This document shows, in pieces, positions 23,862 through 24,937 of a DNA stretch of 24,937 bases (within the stretch, counting starts at the first letter, position 1; each line of letters opens with the position of its first letter). Origin of the DNA: a bacterium (lineage in GTDB: Bacteria; Margulisbacteria; WOR-1; O2-12-FULL-45-9; XYB2-FULL-48-7). The notes below the pieces were generated by a model. That model searched no databases and was not told the DNA's origin. It was given only the letters and a program-made list of their open reading frames with translations. The stretch lies in the NCBI GenBank assembly GCA_043812655.1, contig JBDRLW010000042.1:1-24937 (forward strand), read 5' to 3'. The translations under genes and the position numbers were made by a program.

Positions 23862-24251
23862 ATGCTTCTTAACTTTTTAACAATTGGCATCGGTGGGTTT
23901 TTAGGATCGATCAGCAGATATCTGGTCTATCTTGGCGCCGATCATTATTATCACAAACACCATTTTCCGCTGGGGACATTGATCGTTAATGCGACGGGAA
24001 GTTTACTGATTGGCATATTGTTCGCATTATCAGTTAAACATCAGCTATTTAATCGGCATTCGATTGGGCATTTTTTGTTTGTGACCGGATTTTTAGGAGC
24101 GTATACGACATTTTCCACTTTTAGCCAAGACAACCTTGTTTTGATCTTCGAGAAGAATTATATGATGCTGACGATGAATATTCTTTTGAATGTCTTTTTG
24201 GGGTTAGGTTTTGTGGCGCTCGGTTATTTTCTAGTGACTAAATATTATTGA
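23862..24251 (+). CDS. crcB: fluoride efflux channel Fluc/CrcB
   Basis: GGFLGSISRY, FPLGTLIVN, TGFLGAYTTFSTF. Confidence 0.96.
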   Translation: MLLNFLTIGIGGFLGSISRYLVYLGADHYYHKHHFPLGTLIVNATGSLLIGILFALSVKHQLFNRHSIGHFLFVTGFLGAYTTFSTFSQDNLVLIFEKNYMMLTMNILLNVFLGLGFVALGYFLVTKYY

Positions 24252-24258
24252 TCGTTAA

Positions 24259-24390
24259 TTAGATGCCTAAATATTTTTTCCCGGCGATTAAAAATTCTTT
24301 GGCGTTGGCAATAGTTTGTTCTGCCACATCGTAAGGGATTTTTTCTAAAGGCTCGTAATCACCGATCTCCCTGTACTCGTAAGAGTTAGG
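24259..24390 (-). pseudogene. C-terminal remnant of a HEPN-domain protein
   Basis: Hand translation PNSYEYREIGDYEPLEKIPYDVAEQTIANAKEFLIAGKKYLGI*; RxxGDY motif plus final helix; no start codon; directly after the MNT gene. Confidence 0.7.
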
Positions 24391-24392
24391 TA

Positions 24393-24713
24393 TTATATTG
24401 GGATCCCTTCTTTTTTTAAGTTAAGGATCAAAGAAGTTTTTCTGGTCAAATAATCTTTTTCCCTGATCGGATGCAAGGAGATTAAAATATTGTTTTTTAA
24501 TGATAACGCGGAAACAATTTCTGAAGTGTTTTTTATCTCATCTGTTGGGTTTTTGAAATCATCAACTATCATAGCGACATCGACATCAGAAGAGGGAAGG
24601 GCTTCCCCTCTGGCATAAGAACCAAATAAGAACAGGTGTCTCACCCTTTGGTGGTAGATATTGCCTAATTTTATTTTTAACTCTTTTAATGCTTCTTTGA
24701 CATCTTCAGACAT
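24393..24713 (-). CDS. minimal nucleotidyltransferase (MNT) domain protein
   Basis: LFGSYARG...SDVDV; ATG 24713 with SD AAGGAG and upstream TGTTATAAT. Confidence 0.9.
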   Translation of the reverse strand: MSEDVKEALKELKIKLGNIYHQRVRHLFLFGSYARGEALPSSDVDVAMIVDDFKNPTDEIKNTSEIVSALSLKNNILISLHPIREKDYLTRKTSLILNLKKEGIPI

Positions 24714-24771
24714 GAAAAACTCCTTTAATCCGATTATAAATATTATAACATGGATGGAGGGAATTACTCGG

Positions 24772-24937
24772 CTATATTTTCGCGACCAGCTGCCCGCACG
24801 CGGCGGAAATATCTTCACCTTTTCGATATCGTAGAGAGCCATTGACGCCATGTTCGGTTAAAATATCAAAAAAACGATCGGTGGTTCGCTGGGATGAAGG
24901 CTTATATTTCTTATTGTTCATGTTATAAGGGATAAGA
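24772..24937 (-). CDS. rlmN: 23S rRNA m2A2503 methyltransferase RlmN, 3' end only
   Basis: Hand translation LIPYN...RYRKGEDISAACGQLVAKI*; AACGQL is the RlmN/Cfr signature; not in the ORF track. Confidence 0.88.
   Translation of the reverse strand, partial: LIPYNMNNKKYKPSSQRTTDRFFDILTEHGVNGSLRYRKGEDISAACGQLVAKI

Noticed and set aside
24714..24851. N-terminal extension of the 152-aa MNT ORF
   Set aside because: Overlaps the rlmN 3' end in another frame; SD and -10 support ATG 24713

Overview
Bacterial chromosomal window, moderate GC, with no tRNA, rRNA, CRISPR array or transposase seen. Left part (1-7596): a partial minus-strand UDPGP-family (UDP-sugar pyrophosphorylase-like) gene missed by the ORF track. 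Divergent from it is a glycan locus: small jelly-roll-like protein, GH26, two carbohydrate ABC permeases, secreted GH26+CBM9-like protein, secreted CBM11-like protein and a probable outer-membrane beta-barrel. Housekeeping genes follow: pth, mfd, three antisense hypothetical genes, mazG-like, ftsH, glutamate formiminotransferase and valS on +; rimO-pgsA-pncC(CinA C-term)-recA-rny-ymdB on -; crcB; an MNT gene with a truncated HEPN partner; and the 3' end of rlmN. The most unusual signal is several families of short 7-nt and 8-nt periodic arrays, usually of about four units. They occur as inverted pairs between genes or at a gene start, and as single arms translated in-frame inside valS, mfd and two signal peptides; REP-like hairpins also occur, one inside rimO. 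Other signals: many -10 boxes directly before start codons (leaderless-type), three sigma28-like promoters before accessory genes, and enrichment of the HIP1 core CGATCG. A Firmicutes-like gene order plus an outer-membrane protein and HIP1-like enrichment is consistent with a non-photosynthetic relative of Cyanobacteria (e.g. Saganbacteria/Margulisbacteria); this placement is inference only.
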